Assembly: GCF_001194135.2 (NCBI RefSeq)
Contig: NC_068981.1
Coordinates: 3,977,334-4,041,333 of the forward strand
Direction of reading: 5' to 3'
Length of the DNA stretch: 64,000 bases
DNA from: Octopus bimaculoides
Lineage: Eukaryota
Positions 50,041 to 62,771 of the stretch are shown one piece after another. A program made the translations under genes and the position numbers. A model generated the notes under the pieces. The model had not been told where the DNA came from. It did not search any database and saw nothing but the letters and a program-made list of their open reading frames with translations. Positions within the stretch are counted from its first letter, which is position 1. Every line of letters starts with the position of its first letter.

Positions 50041-51062
50041 CAACTAGAATTTAAATTGGCTTTAGACTAAGATAAATAAATAAAATACATTGTGATGGTT
50101 ATTAGATGCAAGATCTTTTGGGGGGGAAAAGTGAAAATAAATATATTGAGGAATATTTTTGATGAAAATAAGAAAAAATCTCAATAGAAGAGGGCAATAT
50201 AAAAACGACTTGTGTAATTGTCAGAATACCATGAAAATTGCCTTTCTAAAACTGCAGCAAAAGGTGGAAGAGATCAAATTGCCAAAGACAGGTTGTACAA
50301 GACACTCGTTGGTAATCCTCTCCTCGTCATTCTGAGATATTTCGCTTCCTAAGTCATTAAACAGTAATATGATTCTCGTCTATCTCTAATATATGTTGGT
50401 TGAGTCATCGTGCAGCTTTGATTATTTTTTATGTCATTAAACAGATAAAAGATAAAATATATTTCATGATGAGGTTCGTCTATCTTGCTTTTATGTAGAT
50501 TATGTTATGGTGTACATACATCCCTTTTGTGTTTTCCACATGAGAATCATGATTAGAAATAAGTACATTGCGTGAGAGAAACGAAATTTTTAATTTGTTT
50601 TTGTGAGCAATTATTTCAGCAGAATGAATAAACGAGAGAGAACATACTGTCTCAATTAAGCTATGGGCTTGGCATAATTTACATTGATATTACTTAAGGC
50701 AATCAGGGAGGTTGTGAGAAAAAAAAAGCTTTTTGACCCTCAGGAGTAGTTATTTAAAGTATTTGGATGGATGATGGTGGATAAGCAGTAACTAATTAAC
50801 TCTCGTTTAATCAGATAATTGTCAATCACTACAAAGTGAAGAAGGGTGGGGTGTGGGAATTAATCAAAACTCACAAATCAAATAAAGGAAACAGCGAAAA
50901 TATGGTGTCATAGAGAAATTAATGCGATATACATTTAAAATTGATCGAATGAAGTATAATGGCTGTAAACCACAACACACATTTAAAGATGGTGTGCTTT
51001 TGCCGAGTCATCCACCAAAGAAATTTCATACAAAAGAAAAAAAAAAAAAAAAAAAAAAAAAA

Positions 51063-51338
51063 NNNNNNNNNNNNNNNNNNNNNNNNNNNNNNNNNNNNNN
51101 NNNNNNNNNNNNNNNNNNNNNNNNNNNNNNNNNNNNNNNNNNNNNNNNNNNNNNNNNNNNNNNNNNNNNNNNNNNNNNNNNNNNNNNNNNNNNNNNNNNN
51201 NNNNNNNNNNNNNNNNNNNNNNNNNNNNNNNNNNNNNNNNNNNNNNNNNNNNNNNNNNNNNNNNNNNNNNNNNNNNNNNNNNNNNNNNNNNNNNNNNNNN
51301 NNNNNNNNNNNNNNNNNNNNNNNNNNNNNNNNNNNNNN
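51063..51338. other. Assembly gap (others near 8083-8444, 11750-11888, 17288-17297, 24764-25303, 25763-25772, 47221-47507, 58223-58374)
   Basis: N runs, mostly abutting microsatellites or poly(A). Confidence 0.97.
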
Positions 51339-52110
51339 TTGTGGACACACACACACGTAACTCAAGAACAAAATAGCCAAGAAGAAGGAACTGAGGAATT
51401 TGGCAAAGAAGAAACTGATGGAACAAGTACCAAAATTTAAAAAAAAAGTCTAGGGTCAATTTCCTCAACTAAAAAAACCTTTTGAAGTAATGCCCCAACA
51501 TGGTTGCAGATTAAAAACTATATGAATAAAACACGATTTCCAGGCCAGTTTGAAATTTACTTTTAGTTGTCTTAGTTCTAGCATAAAAAGCAACCATTGC
51601 AGGACTCTCGTATTTGCATTAAAATACAGCCTCATCTGATATATTGTAGCAGTGCATTGCTATACTGCTACCATATTTCTACTGAAATTCATTGCTTTTG
51701 TTTCAATTAACTTTGAGCCAGTGGAACGCAAAAAGCACCGTTTGAGTGTTGGGCCTCATGGAGGCAGTGACAGGTGACTGAGACCCTTGGTGATATACTG
51801 TACTTGTGTAGATCTGCCAAGCCAAGTGAGACCTTAGATGTGGCTGATGCTGGTGTTGGGTCATCAGCACCCGTGCTGGTGGCATGTAAAAAACACCCAC
51901 TACACTCTTGGAGTGTTTGGCATCAGGAAGGGCAGCCAGCCATAGAAACCTTGCAAAATCAGTTCAGACGAGGTCACCAAGTAACTTGCAAGATAAAGAT
52001 CCTTTGAGATGGGGAGTAATGGTGGTGGTGGTGGTGGCTTTGTGCCAGGTGATGAGAGACCAGAGTATGATAAAGGGACAGAAGCAGGTGCCTTGCTCTA
52101 GAGGACATAC

Positions 52111-52340
<230 letters not shown>

Positions 52341-52675
52341 CAAGAGTGGAAGAGAATGAGAGTGAGAGAGATGGTGGCAGTGTGCCTGGGTATACTCTCA
52401 GGGTATAAGAATGAGAATATAAATTCTTTTCCAATATTCTGTAAGAACATGTCTAGCCATGAGGAAATATTACTTTACTTGCAAACAGGCCAGGGTTGGT
52501 AACAGGAAGGGCATCCAGTCATAGAAAATCTGTTTCAACAAATTCTGCCCAACCCATGCAAGCATGGAAAAGTGGATGTTAAAACAATGATGAGCCATTA
52601 GATACTGCATGTTTGAGCAGTTGTAAGTATAATGTTAACATATTTAGAACGAGACAAGGTTTCTGAAGAAGGGAT

Positions 52676-53060
52676 CATCATCATCATCATCATCGTTTAA
52701 CGTCCGCTTTCCATGCTAGCATGGGTTGGACGATTTGACTGAGGACTGGTGAAACCGGATGGCAACACCAGGCTCCAGTCTGATTTGGCAGAGTTTCTAC
52801 AGCTGGATGCCCTTCCTAACGCCAACCACTCAGAGAGTGTAGTGGGTGCTTTTACGTGTCACCCGCACGAAAACGGCCACGCTCGAAATGGTGTCTTTTA
52901 TGTGCCACCCGCACAAGCCAGTCCAGGGGCACTGGCAACGATCTCGCTCGAAAATCCTACAGGAGCCAGTCAGGCGGTACTGGCAACGGCCACGCTCAAA
53001 ATGGTGCATCTCATGTGCCACCCGCACAAGAACCAGTCCAGGGGCACTGGCAACGATTGA
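52676..53060 (-). mobile_element. (GAT)n-tailed retroposon, family G, with tandem 5' modules
   Basis: Core gctggatgcccttcctaacgccaaccac. More than 20 copies in the window, e.g. 12140, 17021, 20100, 28470, 33380, 34722, 40915, 44715, 58550. Confidence 0.85.
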
Positions 53061-53688
53061 TGCAATCGAGTGAAAAGGGGAAAAAGATTTTAAAAACAGC
53101 TCCATGTACCTGCAAGGTGACCCCAGATCTCACCAGTTCATGTACATGTCAGATAGTAATCTTGACCCTTGTACTTTGAAGCCATTGCAAAAATGAAAAA
53201 AAAAAAAACTTCAGAAATTTTTATGGGGGAATGGAAATGGGTGTGAAAGCCCTTTAACACTGAAAGTGGGTGGGTGTGGCGGTCAAATTGAGTGCTTTAT
53301 CTTAAATCATAATGGGGTGGGGGAGGGTCCTCTTTATTTCTAATGTTGGGATTGGTGGAATAGTAATACAGAGATTACAGAAGCTGATGAGAACTTTTGT
53401 AACAGCAAACAATTTAAGAAAGGAGAGGGGAGAAAGAGATAGACCTAGAGGGAGGTATGAGGAGAGAGAAAGAGACCTAAAGGGAGGGAGGATATCTAGA
53501 AACCACAGGACTGTATTGTGTGGAAAAATAGAAAACTTTCTTTTTTTAAAAAAAAAGAATACACCACCACCTGTTTGTGTAATCAAATAGGACATGTTAA
53601 GCCTTTTCATAGCAAACCACCTGAAACCGACTCCGACTTTCAGTTTTAATGTGATCTTAATTAAAACCTATCAACATTTCATGTTTGT

Positions 53689-54030
53689 AGTAAACATTAT
53701 TTGCCAACGTAACATGGCAGTCCTGGTTCAGGACGAATGTTGCTATAATTTAGCCCCTGGAGACATTATTCTGTGCTGATGAAGGGAAATAACCCAGAAA
53801 TCGCGATACATATTGTTTTGAGCTGAGTGGGGGTGCTAGATTCCTTTATTCCAAAATATAAGGACACAGATCATGTCATATAGCCAGCTGGAGACGATGT
53901 CTCCTGGGGCTAAATTACAGAAACATTCGCCCTAAACCAGGACTGCCATGTTATGTTGCCAAACAAGCTTTACTCCAAAGTATGGTTGCTGAATATCTCT
54001 CGTTGTGAGATTTACAAATAGAATTTTTCT
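53689..54030. mobile_element. Penelope-like inverted-repeat element carrying the hammerhead motif
   Basis: Arms ~53700-53768 and ~53895-53963 are complementary. Same family as 10723 and 62560. Confidence 0.65.
53772..53812 (+). ncRNA. Minimal type-I hammerhead-ribozyme-like motif
   Basis: UGUG-CUGAUGA-A-GGG(aaauaa)CCC-A-GAAA-UCGCGA-UA-CAUA, with palindromic stem III AUCGCGAU. Confidence 0.6.
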
Positions 54031-54944
54031 AATTACATGTTTATGTTCCAAATATCAGCTTAGTAATGTCAAAGGCGGTATGAATGTGGAGGTGCGTGGC
54101 TTAGTGGTTTGGGCGTGATCGTAATATTGTGGTTTCAATTCCTAGACCAGGCAACATGTGTTCTTGAGCAAAACACTTCATTTCACGTTGCTCCAGTCCA
54201 CTCAGCTGGCGAAAATGCATAATCCTGCGACGGACCAGTATCCCATCCACATCACTCAAGGTAGGGAGCTCCGAAAAGGGTCTCAGGGAGTAGCATCCCT
54301 GCCTTCCTGAGCTAGTTCTCCACCACATTTCTTAAAAATCATGGTAGAGGCCTTGGTCATGGGACCATTCATGTCTAGAAACTGAGGTTGGGGTAAGCAA
54401 GGGCATGCTCCCCGTAGAGAATCCAGCTCCAAAAAAGCCTCATGATAGCAAAGGAGAATGGGCACCAGCCAGCCCAAAGGTTGGGGTGGGCTGCACCTGT
54501 CTACCTTGGTTGCTATGGCATTGAAGTAGATCCGGCTATCTCCATTAATGGGGACAAAAGCCAGATTTAAAACACTGGATGATGATGCTGAAACTGGGAA
54601 TCTGGCCTTTGTGAGCCTGGCATGGTTCGAGAAGGAAACGATCGTTTCCAGAATTAATTGGAATGGAGGCAGATGAACTGGTTAGCTCTTTTGAAGTTCC
54701 ATATTCAAGAGATGAGGAATTATGTACATTATTTACATTTGACGGATATTTTATTTGTAACAACAAACAAGATGAGGACAAATATCCATCAAACGTAACT
54801 CTTTTGTTACCATATTTCAGTTGAGACACACTGCTTTTGTTTCAATTAAATTGGAAAATAATGAATTGAGTGAAAAAAAAAAAAAAAAAACTTAGTCATT
54901 ATTAATCTGCATTACTGCTTGGCACCTTAGGCAAGTGTCTTCTT

Positions 54945-55235
54945 GTATGCGTGCGCGTGTGTGCATACATGTAGTGTGTACATGTATGCATATGCATGTG
55001 TGTATGTGTGCATATGCGTGTGTACGTGTGAATGTGTGTGTATGCATGCATATGCATGAGTGTATGCATATGTATGTGGTGTATGTGTGTGGCGTATCCC
55101 CGTATAGACATTGCGATAGTTTGTGTATGTGCATGTGTGAGTATATACGAGTGAATATATGCGTGCGTGTATACGTGTGTTTGTGCATACACACATGTGC
55201 GTGCACGCACGTGTGTACGTGTGTGGTGTGTCCCC
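54945..55235. repeat. Degenerate purine-pyrimidine alternating repeat (TG/CG/TA mix)
   Basis: Direct reading. Confidence 0.9.
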
Positions 55236-55239
55236 ATAC

Positions 55240-55475
55240 AGACTGTGTGATAATTGTAAATGAGTGTCACTGTCATACAAGCAGTGTCATTCCTTTCCAA
55301 TATTCTGTCAAAAAAACCTGTCTGGCCATGGAGAAACTATTACCCTGCATGGAAACAGGTGAGGGTTGGCGACAGGAAAGGCATCCTGCCATAGAAAATT
55401 TGGCTCAAACAAATTCCACCCAACCCATGCAAGCATGAAAAAGCGAATATTTAAATGATGACGATGATGTTGATG
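55240..55475 (+). mobile_element. (GAT)n-tailed retroposon, family M
   Basis: tgtaaa.aagtgtcac.gtcatacaagc...ggaaacaggtgagggttggcgacaggaa.ggcatcc. Copies near 11930, 19365(-), 32140, 33810, 37390, 45060, 52430 and 61640(-). Confidence 0.75.
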
Positions 55476-56184
55476 TGTGTATAAATAGATATTTGTAAAA
55501 CTGATATGGGGTGAATAGATGAGATTCACACAACAAAAATCAATCATTTTCATTTCTATTGTAGAAACACATTTAAGAAGTCTTCACAGGCGTGGCTGTG
55601 TAGGAAGATGCCTGCTTCCCAGATACATGGTTCTGGGTTCAGTCCCACTGTGTGGCACCTTGGGCAAGAGTCTTCTACTGTAGCCTCACCGGGCCAACCA
55701 AAGCCTTGTGAATGGATTTGGTAGACGAAAACTAAAAGAAACCCTCCATGAATATGTGTGTGCGTATATGTGTGTGTGTGTGTGCGCACGTGTGTCTGTT
55801 TGTCCCTCAGTACTGCTTGAGAACCGCTGTTGGTATATTTACATCCCAGTACCTTAGCAGTTCAGCAAAAGAAGACCAATACAATAAGGCTTTAAAAAAA
55901 TACATACTGGGGTTGATCCATTTGACTAAAATGTCTTTGTGGCAGTACCCCAGCATGGCCACAGTCTAATTGACTGAAACAAGGAAAAGAATTGGCTGTG
56001 ACTAGTTCTTATCAGTGAGAAAAACAGTCTGGGGTCCTTGAGAAACAGATTGTTGTACCTGGCAAGAATTAGCTAGATTTGAAATAAAAAGAAAAGGGGA
56101 AAAAATACCCTCTTGTAAGTAACTTTCATGATTACATACACACGAGATCATAAAGGATATATATATATCTATACTATAAAAGGC

Positions 56185-56367
56185 ATATTCTATAATTATG
56201 AACATAATTATAATCAGGGGTCAGCTAATTGCTTCACCATGCACGTTGCTGTCTGGGAGATTTTTATGGTAGCAGAAAAGGCATTTTAACTCCTTTTTCT
56301 AAATTCGGTGTGTGGTGAAGCAATTAGCTGACCCCTGATTATAATTATGTTTATAATTATAGAATAT
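56185..56367. repeat. MITE-like fold-back, 55-bp arms
   Basis: atattctataattatgaacataattataatcaggggtcagctaattgcttcacca and its near-perfect reverse complement at 56313-56367. Confidence 0.9.
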
Positions 56368-56472
56368 TTGTATAATTTTACCAAAAATGGTTATTTCAAC
56401 ATACCGAACTACTTGATAAAATTATCAATTAATTAATTTTACCCTTTTATTATTATTATACACACACACACA

Positions 56473-56745
56473 AGAGTTACAGAATGGAGTAGGTAAGATC
56501 CGGGCTACATAGGTTTCATCACAAGCGGAACCTCCGAAGTGGTAAACATCCAAGCTATTGAATATTCCACGTGTTAACATGTATCTCCTTGCGACAATGT
56601 AAACTGTAAACTTTCATTTAATCAAGATATCCTTAGCCTAAGTAGCCTATGGTATAAACCTCGCTTGGATATTTACCACTTCTGAGGTTCCGCTCGCTAT
56701 GAAACATATGTAGCCTGGATCTTATCTATTCCATTCTGTAACTCT
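56473..56745. repeat. MITE-like fold-back, 83-bp arms
   Basis: 56473-56555 is complementary to 56663-56745. Confidence 0.88.
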
Positions 56746-58168
56746 AGTATTCTTATTTGCACACCTGGCAACCCTGGTCGCCTACTGTTAAATATGAAAA
56801 TAACCTTTTTCCGGAACAAGGAAGACGTGTTCTTGTTTGTCTCCTTCCCTAGCTTGATTCATGCATTCACCACCACAATCTCGTTTAGGCTTAGCAGCCC
56901 TACCTGTTTGTTTTCTGCAAAATCCCAGATTTTATTTTATTTAATTTGCTTTGCAGGAGCAACTGTTTTATTGAAAGCGTATATTGTTGTTAAATGCCCG
57001 AAATACAAGACTAGAAAAACAGCCAACAACAGATGAAGGGTCGTTCTTTATGTTGTTTGTTTTGTTTTCCATTTGTGTCTTTCGTTGTTCGAAAAAATAG
57101 TTCATGTTCCACATACTCATGCTTTGTATTTTTTTGTTGTACACATTTCATGACTTCCTGTGCCCACATATGCATATATTATTTATATTATCATTTATAT
57201 ATATATATATAGAGAGAGAGAGTGGGGGGCAGTGGCTGAATAACTATGAAGGCTATGCTGATTACCTGTAATGCAGCCACATAAGTTGTATGAGACACAC
57301 AAGTGATTATTATGACCGATCGAAATTAAATCCCACCCTCACCCTTTATAGAAACATATTTAAAACGGAGATATAACAAGTACTTGTGACTCCTTTGCCA
57401 GGTTAATTATTAAAACTGACAGACCAGACGGTAGCTGAACGTACTAGAAACAGCAGCCAAATCTCACTTGCAGCACAATCTACAATCTGGGAGGAAGAAA
57501 TGACAACATTAACACAGTCCTAGACACCCGTAAAAAGACTGGATGGCCACAAGTGGCATGTCTTTGATCAAGGCCAATATGGGACTAAACAACCACAATA
57601 CATCAGTACAATTTTACCGATCATGCTGCACACATTTCTTTCTTGGCTGTCATATGTTAAAAAAACTATGATTACACACTAGGAAAGGTATGATAAATAT
57701 GCAATGACATAACATGAAATTGCTAATCTAGTCAGACTGCCTCAACCCATTGGCCTTCCTGTGTAATAAAACAAAACAAACAAACAAAATTACAAATTAC
57801 TTCATGGCATTTTAAGAGCAAAGCTTGATAGCTGTAACTACTGTAATAAACTAGAAATGAGAAAACAAGAAAGGAAATGTGTTTTTATATAAGAGGGACA
57901 GACACACAGACATGCACACAGATGCTTAGACACACACACAATATATAAATATATATTCTTTTATTCTTCTATTTGTTACAGTCATGCTGGAGCACCACCT
58001 TTTAGTCAAAACAAATCGACCCCAGGACTTATTCTTTGTAAGCCTAGTACTTATTCTATCAGTCTCTTTTGCCGAACCGCTAAGTTACAGGGGCGTAAAC
58101 ACACCAACATCAGTTGTCAAGCGATAGTAGGGAGACAAACACAGACACACAAACATATACATACATAC

Positions 58169-58222
<54 letters not shown>

Positions 58223-60386
58223 NNNNNNNNNNNNNNNNNNNNNNNNNNNNNNNNNNNNNNNNNNNNNNNNNNNNNNNNNNNNNNNNNNNNNNNNNNNNNN
58301 NNNNNNNNNNNNNNNNNNNNNNNNNNNNNNNNNNNNNNNNNNNNNNNNNNNNNNNNNNNNNNNNNNNNNNNNNNGGGCTTCTTCGAGCTTCCATCTACCA
58401 AATCCACTCACAGGGCTTTGGTCGGTCCAAGGCTATAGTAGAAGACACTTGCCCAAGGTGCCACACAGTGGGACTGAACCCGGAATCATGTGGTTGGTAA
58501 GCAAGCTACTTACAACACAGCCACTCCTGCACACACACACATATATCGTGCCAGTGGCAGGGAAAAAGCACCCACTACACTCTTGGAGTGGTTGGCGTTA
58601 GGAAGGACATCCAGCTGTAGAAAGTCTGCCAGATCAGATTGGAGTCTGGTGGAACCATCTGGTTTGCCAGTCCCCAGTCAAATCGTCCAACCCATGGTAG
58701 CATGGAAAGCGGACGTTAAATGATGATGATGATGATGATATATATATATCTCAATGACAATGGAAGTATAGTGTTCAGTAAAATAAGCTTCCTTCAAATG
58801 ACTTAACTCACATACCAAACTGAAAATTTATACTAAATCTGACCCACCTGACAGGTGAATCTCAGGTGTCTACTGTGCATCACAGTTGAAAACGTATCCT
58901 TCATGCAAAAGTGATTTGATTTATATCAACTGTTCTAAATATTTCAATGAAACATCACAGGATTTAAAGAATGAGAATCTATGCTTAATTTGAAATAATT
59001 CTCGAGGGGAGGGTGATTCCACACAAACACACATCAGCTATAATGATTAGCCTGGCAGGTGAGTCATGCACTCTGACTGATGTTCCATAATTTTAAACAG
59101 GAGTGGTACATTTTTGTACATCAGTTATAAATGAACAACCTGACACTTCAGTCCCAAGTACTCGTACAGTCTTTCGACCTTGTCTACAGTAGCAGATCCT
59201 ATAGATGACTGAAGTGCCCAGTAAAAGCTGATGGGTTTCCCAGACCAGGATCCATAAAAGTGTTATTTGTTCTGTGAAGTGGGAAGAAAGGACAAAGTAT
59301 TTTTTATGCTTTGCATTTCATTTCCGACTCCCATCATGCTTTCCATTGATGGTGGCATTTCTGCTCTTTTCAGGGTTTCAGGATTTCACTGTGACCCTGG
59401 CAGGGTGGAAGACAGGTGCTATGCTCTGCCAAAGGACAATCCACAATGTTGTCCAGGTCTGCTTATTGAGAATTTGCAGTTAACCTATATATATCTACAG
59501 GTCATTCCCCTATCCACAAACAGGGGTCTCGATAGGGGTTTTCATCACCACACCACATTGTCCAAGCAAACTTCACCAGGTGATGATGACTCTCCACATG
59601 AGCAGTTCAATCTCTAACAACTAGTTCTTATTTTACTTGCCTTCAATATTTTAAAATTGGTCATTTCCTTCCTGCTCCCTTCTCCAACTCATCCCTTATT
59701 GGTCACCCGCTTTTCAATCGTACCCGGTCTTTACAGTTGTTGCCTGTCTTCCCCCCCCCACTCCACCATCTCCTGCTCCTCATAAATCTTACACACGCAC
59801 CTCTCCCACTTCTACTCATATCTTGAGGCGCCATCTGGACACCTTATGTTCATTATCGCTTTGTAGTTCCCACTAATCAGTCTCTCTCTCTTCTAAGTGT
59901 GAATAGCCATGCAACCCCCTTACAAGAACCTGCTTTACCCCCACCTCTCATCCCCCTAGCATAAAAACTGCAAGTTGTATGGCAACCTCCTTAGTGTTGG
60001 AGTATGAACAAGAAACCCACCCTGTATGTGCTGTAAAGTGGTTGGCATTAGGAAGGGCATCCAGCCATAGAAAACCATGCCAAACCAGACACTAAACATG
60101 AGGCAGTCCTTGGACCCATTGGATTCTGTCAAACTGACCAACCCCTACCAACATGAGATATGGACATTAAATGACAATGTTGTTTAGTCTCACTAATAAA
60201 ACGTCTAAGATTCTGAAAACTGAAACTGGTATAAGAACATATAGAAGAGAAACTACTGCAAATGATGAATTAAAAACAATTATTTTCCTCATCTAACAAA
60301 AATAGGTGTCAATCGTACATAAAAGCTGGCAGAGGTGTTCGGGACAAGGATATTGCCAAGACACTGAGCTGAACTTTGGTCTAGGA

Positions 60387-60608
60387 CAGTGGTTCTCTAT
60401 GGACCCCTTTTGGTTCTTATTTTACTCTAGTGGACCCTCATAACTGTTCGATATTCAAACAATCCTATTATATTTTTAGGATTAAATATTAATAGGAATT
60501 GTATAAAAAAAATGTTCATAACATTTTGTGCATTGTAGAAACCTACTAGTTTATAGTTCATAAATTTTAACAACAAAATCTTCAATGGATCCCAGTTGAG
60601 AACTGCTG
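60387..60608. mobile_element. hAT/Charlie-like MITE
   Basis: Termini CAGTGGTTCTC / GAGAACTGCTG; left flank gtctagga resembles the NTCTAGAN target. Confidence 0.55.
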
Positions 60609-60659
60609 GTTTCAAAGAATATATTGGTGTCACTTTTTGAATTGTTATAAGACTTCAAT

Positions 60660-61010
60660 CAAAGGAGATGCCCTGCACCATGTCTGCAGGCAAGAAGTAC
60701 ATTGGTTAAGAACCAGTAACCGAGGTGACTGAATTCATCAAGTTGGTAGAGGTTGATGCCTTTGAAAGCCTACCAGAAGGAGATGCTCAACTAAGTCGGG
60801 ACTCTCTCGAGGACACCATTTATAGCACTCAGGGCCTTCAGGAACAAATATGACAAAACATAAAACAAGTTTGAAGCAAGCTCTACTGAATTAAGTTCAC
60901 CACACTGTTATTGAGGTAAACTATGCTGTACTAAGGGGCAGCAAGAAGCAAGGACCAGAAAACACTATTGCTATGCAAATGATTACTAGCTGCAACAGTA
61001 AGAAAGCATT
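60660..61010 (+). mobile_element. Degenerate RTE-like LINE fragment
   Basis: SLEDTIYST..F..K..K...FEA.STEL..VIE resembles an RTE ORF2 linker; frameshifted. Confidence 0.4.
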
Positions 61011-62559
61011 GAGTAACTGTTCGATAAAAATAGAGATCACAAGATTGTGGTTTCAATTCCTGGACCAGCCAATGCATTGTGTTCTTGAGTAAAATACTTC
61101 ATTTCACGTTGCGCCAGTTCACTTAGCTGGCAAAAATGAGCAATCACGTGATGGACAGTATCCTGTCCAGGAAAGAGTATATGTATAAATATATATATAT
61201 AAGTCAGAGAAAGTGGGAAACCGGCAAAAGACAAACTGATGCCATAGTAAATATTAAATATGCCAATGAAACATACACACACACACACACACACAAGCAA
61301 GTAATAAATATAAAAGAATTTAGAAGACTGGAAAACACATATCTGAATTAAGACCATTCAGAAAAATTAGTTGAGTAAAAGAAAAAACAAAAAAACCCAG
61401 CAGAGTAAATACATTAATTGCATTTTTCATTTACAGAACTTACACCAAAAGGCGGTGAGCTGGCAGAAACGTTAGCACGCCGGGCAAAATGAGGTTGACT
61501 TTGCCTTTCATCCTTTCGGGGTCGATACATTAAGTACCAGTTACGCATTGGGGTCGATGTAAATGACAATCTGTTAGTCTGTCCTTGTTTGTCCCCTCTA
61601 TGTTTAGCTCCTTGTGAGCAATAAAGAAATAAGAACTTACACCATCATTTTAATGTCCACTTTTCCATGCTTGTATGGCTCAGATGGAATTTGTTGAGGC
61701 AGAATTTCTAAAGTTGGATGCTCTTCCCGTCACCAATCCTCACCAGTTTCTAAAAGGTAATATTTCTCCATCATCATCGTTTAATGATGATAGTGGAGAA
61801 ATATCTCCATGGCCACACACATTCACACAGAACATTGGAAATGAACAACAACATTTGTATGATGGTTAATGATAATTAACAATCATCACATGATGTCACG
61901 ACAAGACTACACACAAATATACACATACATATACAATGGGCTTTTGGCTGCCCTCCACCAGATCTACCCACAGGGCTTTGGTTGGCCTGGGACTACAGTA
62001 GAAGATATTTGCATGAAATACTGCAATGTGGAACTGAACCCAAAACCATGTGGTCAAGAAGCAGGCTTCTTAACTACACAATCGAATCTGAGACACTGAT
62101 AATTATATAACCATTTCTAAACCATCATCAATAATGCTGATTTAACAGCTTCTAGGAGATAAAACAAGAACGTGTAGTGACAATTTTGTATTCTTCAAAA
62201 TCTTTGCACAAAGATCCATGAAATTAAAAAATTCACCAAAAACTTCATTTTGTTTATTTGCATGAGTAAGCCACCATTTGATGACTTAGCAAACTGCTGC
62301 TTCTTCAATAAAATGAAGATTTCTGATTTAGACTGAAGGCAAGCAATTTTGAGAGGAGGGGAAGCAGTTGATTACCATCAACCTCCGTATCCGACTTATT
62401 TTACGGCCTCCCTCACCACCACCACCGTCCACTAGAAACACGAAACATTGGTGGAATTTGAACTTGTAAAGAGACCAAATGACTACTGTAAAGTATATTT
62501 GTTCCAATGCTTCTCGACTAACATTGCAGATTAGTTGGCAAACTAGACATGGCTATGTA

Positions 62560-62771
62560 GTAAAGATTATTTGCCAACACAACATGGCAGTCCTGGTTTA
62601 GGACGAATGTTGCTGTAATTTAGCCCCAGGAGACAGTCTCCAGCTGGCTATACAACACGATCTGTGTCCTAAACCAGGACTGCCATGTTATGTTGGCAAA
62701 CAATCGTTACTACAAAGTACTGTTGCTGAATAATATCTCACCTTGTGAAATTTAAAAATAGTAATTTTCTA
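62560..62771. mobile_element. Third copy of the Penelope-like inverted-repeat family, without the hammerhead
   Basis: tttgccaacacaacatggcagtcctggtttagg / cctaaaccaggactgccatgttatgttggcaaa. Confidence 0.65.

Noticed and set aside
50250-50332. ATG-initiated minus-strand segment as GDI exon 1
   Set aside because: Reads MTRRGLPTSVLYNLSLAI*, which is unlike the conserved GDI N-terminus.
51339-51450. Lys/Glu-rich coding-like stretch after the gap
   Set aside because: Short, low-complexity purine-rich text with no splice signals or homology recognised.
52850-53060. CRISPR-like repeat-spacer array
   Set aside because: Eukaryotic context, degenerate modules without unique spacers, and part of a dispersed repeat.
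56682-56712. Hammerhead in the 56.5-kb fold-back
   Set aside because: The 5' core is CUGAGGU (CGGAGG in the other arm) and no stem I can form.
59090-59620. Possible transposase or RT fragment (116-aa ORF at 59267)
   Set aside because: No catalytic motif could be recovered in any frame by eye.
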